A stretch of 62,294 nt of DNA from positions 1 through 62,294 of the forward strand of contig JAFSZN010000115.1 in the NCBI GenBank assembly GCA_017455665.1, read 5' to 3'. The position numbers were made by a program, and so were the translations under genes. The notes below the pieces were generated by a model. That model had not been told where the DNA came from. It worked only from the letters and a program-made list of their open reading frames with translations, and ran no database searches. Of this stretch, positions 54,346-62,294 are shown piece by piece (within the stretch, counting starts at the first letter, position 1; each line of letters begins with the position of its first letter). This stretch comes from Lentisphaeria bacterium. GTDB taxonomy: Bacteria > Verrucomicrobiota > Lentisphaeria > Victivallales > UBA1829.

Positions 54346-55299
54346 ATGACGATCGACCCCGAAGACTATCTGGAGCCTCGATGCCCGCTGGAAGAGCCCT
54401 GCGGATGCAGGCACGAACATGCGCCCGGCAGCGGCCCCGGCGCGGAATACACGCACGGAAACGGCTGCGAGTGCGAGCACGACGACGATTGCGGCGAGCA
54501 CGACGACTGCTGCTGCGACCATGACCACGCCCACGGCGCGACGCCGCACCGGAACGCGAAGCGGCGCATCCCGATGCGCGAGGTCATCGAGGAGTGCGAC
54601 CGGCTGTTCAACGCGGAAAATATGGCCGGGCTCGGCGATCATCTCCGCAAATGGCTTGAGGAGGCGCGGAGCATCGGCGACCGCGAGGGCGAACTCGGCA
54701 TCCTGAGCGAGCTCATGGGGCATTACCGGATGGTCGGCGACCGCGAACGCGGCCTGATGGCGGTGCGCGACGGATTCGCACTGCTGGGGCAGGTCGGGAT
54801 CGCGGGAAGCGTGACCGCCGGGACCATCCTCATCAACGGCGCGACCGCGTTGCAGGCGTTCGGCGACATCGACGGTGCGCTGAACTACTACAAGGAGGCG
54901 TTCCGGTGCTACGGTGCGCACCTCGACCCGAACGACTGGCGGTTCGCCGGACTGCTCAACAACATGGCGGCGGCGTACGCGGCGAAACACGACGTGAAGT
55001 ACGCCGAGGCGTATTACCGCAAGGCGCTGGACGTGCTGAAGGCGTGCGGAAACCTGATGGACGCGGCGGTCACGCACGTGAACCTGGCGCAGATGTACGC
55101 GGCGGAGGACCGCTCCGACCCGCGGGTCGCGTCCGAACTCGAGCTCGCCGTGTCGTGTTTCGACGACCCGGCGGCGGTGCGCGACGGCTACTACGCCCAC
55201 ACCTGCCGCAAATGCGCCCCGGCGTTCGGTCCGCTCGGATTCCCGGAGGTCGAGGAGGAACTCAACTGGCGCGCGGATGAATACTATGTGGGGCATTGA
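54346..55299 (+). CDS. TPR-like protein with a Cys/His/Asp-rich N-terminal tract
   Basis: AAGGAG RBS, start MTIDPEDY. Residues ~12-70 read CPLEEPCGCRHEH...GCECEHDDDCGEHDDCCCDHDHAHG, followed by TPR-like helices (ALNYYKEAF, AEAYYRKAL). Confidence 0.6.
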   Translation: MTIDPEDYLEPRCPLEEPCGCRHEHAPGSGPGAEYTHGNGCECEHDDDCGEHDDCCCDHDHAHGATPHRNAKRRIPMREVIEECDRLFNAENMAGLGDHLRKWLEEARSIGDREGELGILSELMGHYRMVGDRERGLMAVRDGFALLGQVGIAGSVTAGTILINGATALQAFGDIDGALNYYKEAFRCYGAHLDPNDWRFAGLLNNMAAAYAAKHDVKYAEAYYRKALDVLKACGNLMDAAVTHVNLAQMYAAEDRSDPRVASELELAVSCFDDPAAVRDGYYAHTCRKCAPAFGPLGFPEVEEELNWRADEYYVGH

Positions 55300-56218
55300 C
55301 GCGGCGCGGAAGTGGTACGAGACGGCTGGCGCACCGATGCTGGAACGCGAGTTCGGCGGCGTGGCGTCGCGGATCGCCGTCGGGCGCGCCGGGCACGGCT
55401 CGGAGTGTTTCGGCTACGACGACGCGGTGTCGCGCGACCACGATTATTTCACCGGGTTCCAGCTCTGGATCACCGAGGCGGACGAACGCGAATTCGGGTT
55501 TCGGCTGGAGCGCGCGTACGCCCGGCTGCGGAAGGAATTCCCGCCCGACGGGGGCGCGGACACGGCCAGCAGCGAGCTCGGCGATGCAGAAGACGGCGTG
55601 GTCACGATCGGGGATTTCTACCGGCGGCACCTCGGATTTCCCGGCGCGCCGGAGAACTGGCAGCAGTGGCTCTACACCCCGGACCACGCGTTCGCCGAGG
55701 CGACGAACGGCGCGGTGTTCCGCGACGACCTCGGCGTGTTTTCGGGCGTCCGCGACACGATTCTGAACGGCATGCCGGAGGACGTGCGCCGGAAGAAGAT
55801 CGCCGCGCGCGCCGTCTTCATGGCGCAGAGCGGGCAGTACAACTACATGCGGTGTCTGCGGCACGGCGAACCCGGGGCGGCGGCGCTCGCGCTGGACGAA
55901 TTCGTGCGGAACGCCGCGCGGATGGCGTTTCTGCTGAACCGCCGGTTCGCGCCGTACTACAAATGGGTGTTCCGCGCGATGCGGGACCTGCCGAAACTCG
56001 GCGATCTTTCCGGAAAATTGACCGATCTCTTGACTGTGCGCGAATCCGGCGAGGCGACGCTGGAACGGATCGAGGCGGTCTGCGCGGTCGTCGCGTCCGA
56101 ACTGCGCGCGCAGGGGTTGAGCGACCGCGACGACGTCTATCTGGAGCCGCACGCGTTCGCCGTGCAGTCCGGCATCGTCGACCGCGAGATCCGCGCCCTG
56201 CACATCATGGAAGGCTGA
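55277..56218 (+). CDS. DUF4037-like (nucleotidyltransferase-associated) protein
   Basis: GHGSECFGYDDAVSRDHDY and APYYKWVFRAM patterns, as I recall for DUF4037. Overlaps the upstream gene by 23 nt. Confidence 0.55.
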   Translation: MNTMWGIDAARKWYETAGAPMLEREFGGVASRIAVGRAGHGSECFGYDDAVSRDHDYFTGFQLWITEADEREFGFRLERAYARLRKEFPPDGGADTASSELGDAEDGVVTIGDFYRRHLGFPGAPENWQQWLYTPDHAFAEATNGAVFRDDLGVFSGVRDTILNGMPEDVRRKKIAARAVFMAQSGQYNYMRCLRHGEPGAAALALDEFVRNAARMAFLLNRRFAPYYKWVFRAMRDLPKLGDLSGKLTDLLTVRESGEATLERIEAVCAVVASELRAQGLSDRDDVYLEPHAFAVQSGIVDREIRALHIMEG

Positions 56219-56296
56219 ACACGCGGCTTCCGCCCGCTTCGCGCTTGCAAAAACGGGCGGGACGGTGTAAATTATTAGAATAAACCCGTCCGCTTT

Positions 56297-57235
56297 TTGA
56301 TGGGGAGAAAGCCGTCCATGTCAGTCAAAGAAGTCACGAAAAACGCCCTCGTCACGGGCTGTCTCTGCGCCGCCGGGGCCGAGGTCCTGCACGGCATGAG
56401 CTATGCGTTCACCAAGCAGTCGACGAACACGGCGGGCGTCTTTTTCATCCTCGGCTGGCGGTTCCTGATCGCCGCCGTCGTGATGACGCTCTGCATCGCA
56501 GCCGGACTCATCAAGGTGCGTTTCCGGGGCAAGCCGCTGATGCCGCTTCTTCGCGTGATCCTGCTCTGTCCGTGCGTGTATTTCCTCGGCGAGACGCTCG
56601 GCATCAGCCGGGCCACGTCCACGGAGTGCGGCATCTTCGTCGCCAGCATCCCGGTCGTCTCCGTGATCGCCTCCGCCCTGATCCTGAAAAACCGGCCGTC
56701 GCGGCTCCAGGTCGCCGGGATCGCGACCACGCTCGTCGGCATGGTGATCTGCGTGACCGCCGTCGGCATGACGGCAAGCCTGTCCGTGCCCGGTTACCTC
56801 TTTATGTCGCTCGGCGTGATCTCCTATTCTCTGTACCTCGTCTGCGTGGACAAGGCGTCCGTCTACACGAGCGCGGAGCTGGCGTACGCCATGCAGATCT
56901 CCGGCGCGGTGCTGTTCACGGCGCTGGCGCTGATCGAAGCCGTCCACGACGGAAACGTCGGCACGCTCGTCGCCCTGCCGTTCCGGAACCGGGGGTTCCT
57001 GATCGCCGTGCTTTACCTCGGGATCGGGTGCTCCGTGTTCGCGTTCTGGCTCTCGAACGCCGCCATCGAAAAGCTCGGCGTGAACCGCGCGGCGTCGTTC
57101 ATCGGCGTGGCGACGCTGGTGTCCGTGCTGACCGGCACGCTGATGCTCCGCGAACCGCTCACGCTCCTTCAGACCGTCGGCGCGGTCCTGATCGTCCTCG
57201 GCGTCTACATGGTCAACGCCGTCCGCTCGCGCTGA
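56297..57235 (+). CDS. DMT-superfamily (EamA-like) transporter
   Basis: About 10 TM helices in two halves. An alternative start MSVKEV lies at 56318. Confidence 0.75.
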   Translation: MMGRKPSMSVKEVTKNALVTGCLCAAGAEVLHGMSYAFTKQSTNTAGVFFILGWRFLIAAVVMTLCIAAGLIKVRFRGKPLMPLLRVILLCPCVYFLGETLGISRATSTECGIFVASIPVVSVIASALILKNRPSRLQVAGIATTLVGMVICVTAVGMTASLSVPGYLFMSLGVISYSLYLVCVDKASVYTSAELAYAMQISGAVLFTALALIEAVHDGNVGTLVALPFRNRGFLIAVLYLGIGCSVFAFWLSNAAIEKLGVNRAASFIGVATLVSVLTGTLMLREPLTLLQTVGAVLIVLGVYMVNAVRSR

Positions 57236-57361
57236 AGTTTTTTCTATAAGAAAACGGTAAAAAAGATACCCGTCGGGGCTTGAAAAAAAAGAACATGGAT
57301 GTATTGTTATGCAACAGGAGAAGGATGTTTCTTTTCTTCGAGCATTCATGAGGAACAAACC

Positions 57362-57565
57362 ATGAGCGAGCTTTCTTTTCAGACATTCTGCATCGAATTC
57401 TACAGCCGTCATATTCAGAAACCGGGTCCCGAGGTCTACAGGCTTTTCCGGGAAAGCGGTCTGCTGGATATGCTGAAAACCGATTATGAAGACCTTCACG
57501 GGCTGGGACAGGAAGCGCTGATGCAGTTTTTCGATGAATACCTCGCAAAGGAGCTGGTCCGATGA
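57362..57565 (+). CDS. DUF3791-like small protein
   Basis: MSELSFQTFCIEFYSRHIQKPGPEVYRLFRESGLLDML.. . ATGA-coupled to the next gene. Confidence 0.55.
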   Translation: MSELSFQTFCIEFYSRHIQKPGPEVYRLFRESGLLDMLKTDYEDLHGLGQEALMQFFDEYLAKELVR

Positions 57566-58071
57566 AGCTTTATCACGGTGGGATTCAAACGGTCGAAACA
57601 CCCCGGATCATCAGGAGCGAGATCGGGCGCGACTTCGGATTTGCGTTTTACACGACGGATATCCGGGAGCAGGCGGAACGCTGGGCATGGAGGCGCTGCC
57701 GGGCGGCACAGCGGAACGGCCTGCTGTCGGCACAGGCGGTGGTCTCGGTTTTCCGTTTTGACGATATTACTGCGCGGCAGGAGCTCAGTTTCCGCGACTT
57801 CCCCGACGTTTCGATGGACTGGCTCGATATGGTCGTCGCCTGCCGTTCCAATCCCGGCTATGCGCATGGCTTCGACGTTGTCACGGGAAAGATCGCCAAC
57901 GACAACGTCGGCGAGATGATCGCCTATGTCGTCGCCGATGTCATGCGGAAAGAAGACGCGCTGGAACGCCTCAGATTCCAGCAGATCAACAACCAGTTCG
58001 CATTCTGCACGGAAAAAGCGCTGTCTTACCTTACGTTCGAATCCTCCTGCACTGTGGAGAAACAGCCATGA
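57562..58071 (+). CDS. DUF3990-like protein
   Basis: MKLYHGGIQTVETPRIIRSEIGRDFGFAFYTT... is a typical DUF3990 N-terminus as I recall it. Confidence 0.6.
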   Translation: MKLYHGGIQTVETPRIIRSEIGRDFGFAFYTTDIREQAERWAWRRCRAAQRNGLLSAQAVVSVFRFDDITARQELSFRDFPDVSMDWLDMVVACRSNPGYAHGFDVVTGKIANDNVGEMIAYVVADVMRKEDALERLRFQQINNQFAFCTEKALSYLTFESSCTVEKQP

Positions 58072-58295
58072 TCGAACATTGTCTTGTCCGGGCGACCGTA
58101 ACGCCGCAGATCGTGACAATCCTCAGCCGGTACTACAACGCCGGCGTTGACGAGATGCTGCGCCGCTTCTACGAATCCAGGACGGCGGCGAACTATGCCG
58201 ACGACGAAACGGGTCTTTACGGCCAGTCGGCGCTGTGCATCGCCGGGATGTTCATCATGGAACAGGACGGGCAGATCGACGAGAAACGGCTCTGA
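58068..58295 (+). CDS. DUF3791-like small protein (second copy)
   Basis: ATGA-coupled to the upstream gene. ...YESRTAANYADDETGLYGQSALCIAGMF. Confidence 0.5.
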   Translation: MIEHCLVRATVTPQIVTILSRYYNAGVDEMLRRFYESRTAANYADDETGLYGQSALCIAGMFIMEQDGQIDEKRL

Positions 58296-58320
58296 TCCGT
58301 AAAAACACAGGAAACCTGAA

Positions 58321-58454
58321 ATGAACAGGGAAAGACTGCTGGAATGCACCATGGTCGTACCGCCGAGGCCTCTCACCGACGAACGATCGCGGCTGCAGAG
58401 GCGAAACTGGACCTGCGGTTTCCTTCCGACATCAGGTGTCTCTTTATGAAATGA
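58321..58454 (+). pseudogene. frameshifted/truncated SMI1/KNR4-family fragment
   Basis: The ATG frame gives MNRERLLECTMVVPPRPLTDE. A frame shift at about 58381-58383 continues TIAAAEAKLDLRFPSDIRCLFMK* (the classic SMI1 'aE..L...lP.d...f' motif), then stops at about 44 codons. Confidence 0.45.
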
Positions 58455-58887
58455 AACGGCGCAGGGGTACAATGATCGAGTTCCTCATAAATCTCTACGA
58501 GTTCTTTTGCCGGAGGGTTCTTTATACCGTCATCGCGCTTTTGCTTATTTATCTCTTTCTGCACCGTCTCATGCGGCATTTCGGCACGAGGAATATCATC
58601 GACGAATACGTGTGCATGGTCATGGAATGGATCCGGGACGCATTCCGGGATTGACCGCGGTTGTAAAACGTCTCCCGTGTTTGAGTTCAGGCGCACCCGT
58701 CGCAACGGAGGCAGTGGTTTTCACGCACAAAAAACCGTGTTTTTTCCGTTCGCGGCTTGTTTTCCCGCGCGGGCGGGATTATATTAGAAAAGTCCGGTCG
58801 ATGTGCGCGCACGTTTCTTTCGCGCATCCGCCGGAACGCCCGGCTTTTTCATCAAATTCAACCATAATTCCAAACGCGCAGATCATC

Positions 58888-60942
58888 ATGGATAAACAGA
58901 ACGCAACCCCCACTACCCCCGCTCCCGCCGCTCCGGCGAAACCCGTTTCCGCCGCGAAATCGAAGATCAAAGCAGAATTCGACCCCGAAACGAAATACGG
59001 GCCGATTTTCGAAAACCCGGAGAAACCGAAAGCGCGTCTGCCGCGCCTCGGATGCTTCTGGATCTTCGGCATCTTCTTCCTCATCGCCGCGGCGCTCGCG
59101 ACGGGGTACTATCACTCCATGGGCGAGGTGGCGACGTCGTTCGGGATCCCGGAGGGCGCCGTCACGGTCTACGATCCGGAGGGCGTGCTGCCGGAGGCGG
59201 ACCAGACGAAGCTCGAATCGCTCGCGGGCGAAATCGCGAAGCTGGCGGACTGCGGCGTGGCGCTGATGTTCTTCGACGAACGTTTCGCGGAGCCGAAGGA
59301 CGTGTTCGAGCAGATCGCGGCGGACTGGGCGCCGGGGAAGGGCGTGCTGCTGGTGCAGGACGTCCGCGGCACCTCGATCCGGTTCGGCCTGATCGGCGAC
59401 GGCTGGCGTCTGGCGGACTGGGATTACAACACGGTCGACAAGGAGATCGCCAAATACAGAGTCCTGGAACGCGGCGCGCGGGCGGTCGCGCTGCTGGAAC
59501 GCCTGAAGCACTCGATCCTGACGGCGGCGAAGATCCCCGCCGGGGCTGACAAGGCGGACGCGCAGGCCGCGCAGCAGGCGGGTCAGGTCCCGGCGAAGAA
59601 CCCCGCCAACATGACCGACGAAGAGATCGAAAAGCAGATGGAGGCGGAGGAGAAGGCGGCGGAGGCCGCGCTCGACGCCGAGCTTGCCGACGATGACGAT
59701 GCGTTCGACGGCGAGGACGAGGAATCCGTCGGGATGAGGGCGTACGCCGAGAAGAACAAGGACAGGAAGCTGACCGGCATCCTGTATTCGAGGATCGTGA
59801 GCCGCGGCGAGGAGGGTGCTCCGATGCGCTACGCGCTCGTCTTCCTGGGGATCTGCGCCCTCGTGGCGGTGATCTCGCTCAAAACCGGCAAAAGCCAGCG
59901 TGCCCGCGACCTGAAGAAAGGCCCGGAGATCCTGACGGAATACAAACGGAAACACGCGAAGAATCCGCGTCTGACCCTGACCGACACCAACGAGTTCGAC
60001 GACGACGGCATCCTGCGCAAGAAATTCCTGCGGGTCGTCGCCGCCGTGCTCGGCATCCTCTTCGCGCTCGGGTTCGTCAGCTCGACCGTGAGCGAGCCGC
60101 CGGAGAAGGACGTGGAGCGCCCCGAAAGCGAACTGATCCCCGCCGCGCCGCTCGACGGCTGGCGGATCGTCGACAAGGCGGAGGTGTTCGGCGAGGACGG
60201 CACGGCGAAGCTCGCGGCCGCGATCCGACACCTCGAAGCGCAGACCGGCGGCGAGATGATGGTGCTGACGGTCCCGACCATCGGGATGTCGACCATCGAG
60301 GATTTCGGGCTCGAAACCGCCTCGAAATGGAAGATCGGCAAGGCGGGCGTGGACAACGGCGCGCTGCTCGTGCTCGCGATCAACGACCACAGGTCGCGCC
60401 TGGAGATCGGCTACGGCTGGGAAGGCCCGGTCAACGACGCCCGCGCGGGCGACCTGCTCCGTCTGATCGTGCCGGAGCTTCAGGCGGAGAAATACGCCGA
60501 GGCGGCGATCAAGGTCGTGCAGGGGATCGAGTCCTACGTGACGGGCGTCCGTCCGGACGGCGTGACCGTCGATCCGCAGGCCGCGCCGAAGACCGTCTAC
60601 GAGCCGGAGGTGCGCGAATATCCGAACATCGCATACACCCAGCCCGAACACGACCCGCGCATCCTGAATCCCATGGATTCCATGTGGGGCGCGGTCGGCG
60701 TCTTCGGATGCCTGATCGCCATTCTGCTCGCCTACTGGGGACGCATCGTCGGCACGTCCGCGCCGCATCTGGTCATCTTCGACCCGACCATCGTCCGCAC
60801 GTATTCCGGTTCCGGCGGCGGTTCGTCCGGCTCGTCGCGTTCGTCCGGCTCGTCCCGTTCGTATTCCAGCCATTCCAGCTCGCATTCGTCGGGCGGAGGC
60901 GGCGGATCGTTCGGAGGCGGCGGCGCGTCCGGCAGGTGGTGA
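58888..60942 (+). CDS. TPM-domain (YgcG-like) membrane protein
   Basis: Start MDKQNATP. TM segment CFWIFGIFFLIAAALATGYY. The C-terminal TPM domain reads EMMVLTVPTIG..IEDFGLETASKWKIGKAGVDNGALLVLAINDHRSRLEIGYGWEG. Gly/Ser-rich tail ...GGGGGSFGGGGASGRW. Confidence 0.7.
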   Translation: MDKQNATPTTPAPAAPAKPVSAAKSKIKAEFDPETKYGPIFENPEKPKARLPRLGCFWIFGIFFLIAAALATGYYHSMGEVATSFGIPEGAVTVYDPEGVLPEADQTKLESLAGEIAKLADCGVALMFFDERFAEPKDVFEQIAADWAPGKGVLLVQDVRGTSIRFGLIGDGWRLADWDYNTVDKEIAKYRVLERGARAVALLERLKHSILTAAKIPAGADKADAQAAQQAGQVPAKNPANMTDEEIEKQMEAEEKAAEAALDAELADDDDAFDGEDEESVGMRAYAEKNKDRKLTGILYSRIVSRGEEGAPMRYALVFLGICALVAVISLKTGKSQRARDLKKGPEILTEYKRKHAKNPRLTLTDTNEFDDDGILRKKFLRVVAAVLGILFALGFVSSTVSEPPEKDVERPESELIPAAPLDGWRIVDKAEVFGEDGTAKLAAAIRHLEAQTGGEMMVLTVPTIGMSTIEDFGLETASKWKIGKAGVDNGALLVLAINDHRSRLEIGYGWEGPVNDARAGDLLRLIVPELQAEKYAEAAIKVVQGIESYVTGVRPDGVTVDPQAAPKTVYEPEVREYPNIAYTQPEHDPRILNPMDSMWGAVGVFGCLIAILLAYWGRIVGTSAPHLVIFDPTIVRTYSGSGGGSSGSSRSSGSSRSYSSHSSSHSSGGGGGSFGGGGASGRW

Positions 60943-61126
60943 CACCCCTCCGCGGACAACCGGTGCGCGGGCGCATCCGCTCCGATTCCGTCCGCGTTTT
61001 TGAAAGAAAAAGCCGCTTCCCGTTTGCATTTTCGCGCTTGCCGTGGTATGTTATGGCGAGGGCAGGGGGAATCGCGTCCGTTCGGACGCCGCTGCCCGGA
61101 CCATCAACCAGAATGAGGGGAATGCC

Positions 61127-61663
61127 ATGAAACATCATCTGATCACCGGGATCATCTCGTCGGTCGCGGCGGCGCTGACCGGATGCGGGAGCACATCGGA
61201 CATCGCGGCGGTGCGGAACTTCGAGCCGGACCGCTACATGGGCACATGGTACGAGATCGCGCGCCTGCCGCAGTATTTCGAACGCGACCTGGACGAGGTG
61301 ACGGCGCAGTACACGCTGAACGACGACGGCACGGTCAGGGTCGTGAACAGCGGTGTGCGGGACGGCGAACCGACGTCCATCACGGGCAAGGCAAGGCTTA
61401 AATACCCGGACGCGGATCCGCAGACCGGCGAACTGCGCGTGTCGTTCTTCTGGCCGTTCTACTCCGACTACCGCGTGATCGAGCTCGCGCCGGATTACAG
61501 CTACGCGGTCGTGACCGCCGGAAGCCGGGATTACCTGTGGGTGCTCGCCCGCAAGCCGACGATGCCGAAGGAACAGCTCGACGGCATCATGGAGCGCGTG
61601 AAGGCGCTCGGATTCGAGATCGATAAACTGGAGTATCCGAAGCCCGTGAAGACATCACCGTGA
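61127..61663 (+). CDS. blc: outer-membrane lipocalin lipoprotein
   Basis: Lipobox LTGCGS, then FEPDRYMGTWYEIARLP and YLWVLARKP, which are hallmark Blc motifs. Confidence 0.85.
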   Translation: MKHHLITGIISSVAAALTGCGSTSDIAAVRNFEPDRYMGTWYEIARLPQYFERDLDEVTAQYTLNDDGTVRVVNSGVRDGEPTSITGKARLKYPDADPQTGELRVSFFWPFYSDYRVIELAPDYSYAVVTAGSRDYLWVLARKPTMPKEQLDGIMERVKALGFEIDKLEYPKPVKTSP

Positions 61664-61717
61664 ACTCACTTTCCTTTGAAAATATCATACAACCAACCCC
61701 GAAAGGAACCCCTCGAA

Positions 61718-62067
61718 ATGACGAAACAGGAACTCATCGAAACCGCAAAAGCCATGATCGCCGCACCGTCGTGATGCCAGGACCTCAAGACCGTTGCACA
61801 GGCGTGAATCGACGCCGTCGGGACCGCCGGCGAAAAGGCCGCCGCGGACGCGCTTCTGGCGGAACTGAAGGAAGACGTCTGCACGATCGACGACGTGATC
61901 CCGTTCTTCGAATCGCCGCGCGCCGTGCAGTATTTCGGCGAGGAAAAGGCGAAGGAACTTGCCGCGCTGGCGCACAAGATCAAGGCGGACGGCGGGAAAT
62001 GGTGTTTCTGCGACGCCTGCGCCGCCGGATCGAAACTGCTGGAAAACGCGGAGTCGTTCTCCCTCTG
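61718..62067 (+). CDS. small Cys-rich protein with two in-frame UGA codons (selenoprotein candidate or fresh pseudogene)
   Basis: MTKQELIETAKAMIAAPS-UGA(61772)-CQDLKTVAQA-UGA(61805)-IDAVGTAGEKAAADALLAELKEDVCTIDDVIPFFESPRAVQYFGEEKAKELAALAHKIKADGGKWCFCDACAAGSKLLENAESFSL*. The 87 protein-like codons after the second UGA contain no start codon. Confidence 0.45.
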
Positions 62068-62087
62068 ACATCTCTTCCATAAAAGAA

Positions 62088-62130
62088 GTCCTCCGCGGTC
62101 ATGGACGGCTGCGGAGGACTCTGTTTGTCT
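62088..62130 (+). terminator. intrinsic terminator
   Basis: GTCCTCCGC-14 nt loop-GCGGAGGAC (62088-62119) followed by a T-rich TCTGTTTGTCT. Confidence 0.65.
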
Positions 62131-62171
62131 GCGGTGTGCCGGACTTGTCCGAACCGGCACGGTATCGGTTT

Positions 62172-62294
62172 TTATGCGATCGTGCCGATGGTCTTCCAGT
62201 TATTCCCGTTATTGTTATCGGGGTCAATCTGTATGTTGTAAGTCGACCAGTAGTTGACGCTGTTGGTGGAGTTGTTGCACCACGCGATATCGTC
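62172..62294 (-). CDS. C-terminal 40 codons of an unidentified gene entering from the window end
   Basis: The rc reads DDIAWCNNSTNSVNYWSTYNIQIDPDNNNGNNWKTIGTIA*, with the stop at 62172-62174. Confidence 0.4.
   Translation of the reverse strand, partial: DDIAWCNNSTNSVNYWSTYNIQIDPDNNNGNNWKTIGTIA

Noticed and set aside
53248-55296. 682-aa minus-strand ORF spanning the LysR and TPR genes
   Set aside because: A shadow ORF crossing two well-supported plus-strand genes, with low-complexity Arg/Val/Ala composition.
58507-58887. N-terminal extension of the TPM protein ORF (track start 58507), and the 72-aa ORF 58436..58654
   Set aside because: The extension is Arg/Pro/His-rich junk overlapping the SMI1 remnant region. 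The ATG at 58888 gives a sensible N-terminus followed by a TM segment. The 72-aa ORF has only weak support (one hydrophobic stretch, no RBS seen).
55262-61029. Long antisense ORFs 55262..56203, 56321..57601 and 58858..61029, and alternative-frame ORFs 55312..56283 and 60327..61130
   Set aside because: These lie opposite, or out of frame with, the DUF4037-like, DMT and TPM genes. They are Arg/Gly/Asp-rich GC-shadow translations without motifs.
61718-62067. Alternative genetic code (UGA=Trp/Gly) to explain the two in-frame UGAs
   Set aside because: Many confidently identified genes in both the host and prophage parts of the window terminate at UGA, including ATGA start/stop overlaps. Genome-wide UGA reassignment is therefore excluded.

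Overview
The window is GC-rich bacterial chromosome interrupted by a prophage of about 40.1 kb (8479..48581). Left flank: serS, an rpiB-glyA fusion, a VanX-family dipeptidase, GH43, a UvrA paralogue and a ZIP transporter. Right flank: tRNA-Ser(GCU), a 1027-aa membrane protein, bioB, a LysR regulator, a TPR/DUF4037 pair, a DMT transporter, a DUF3791-DUF3990-DUF3791 cassette, a TPM-domain protein, a Blc lipocalin and a small CDS with two in-frame UGA codons. The prophage sits in the 3' end of tRNA-Ser(GCU) and is bounded by a perfect 32-bp direct repeat. Its plus-strand early arm runs from integrase through an AT-rich membrane moron, a CI-like/Cro-like switch, an Xis-like HTH, an iteron-bearing replication gene, a DnaC-like loader, small translationally coupled ORFs, dUTPase and a second catalytic-domain-only tyrosine recombinase. 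Its minus-strand late arm has T7/BPP-1-like podovirus architecture: TerS, TerL, portal, scaffold, capsid, adaptor, nozzle, three internal-virion proteins and fibres. Strongest finding: a complete diversity-generating retroelement. RT is 18932..19969, TR is 20087..20210, and VR is 20336..20459 at the 3' end of an Mtd-like fibre gene. All 15 TR/VR mismatches fall on TR adenines. No Avd-like gene is recognisable, and the RT motif reads IGxxxSP rather than SQ. Second: the gp16-position internal-virion protein is a 3602-aa (10.8 kb) polyvalent-type giant with two HExxH motifs and a duplicated module. No CRISPR array or rRNA was seen. All family assignments come from reading motifs by eye and need HMM/BLAST confirmation. 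Many long ORFs in the track are antisense shadows of GC-rich genes and were rejected.
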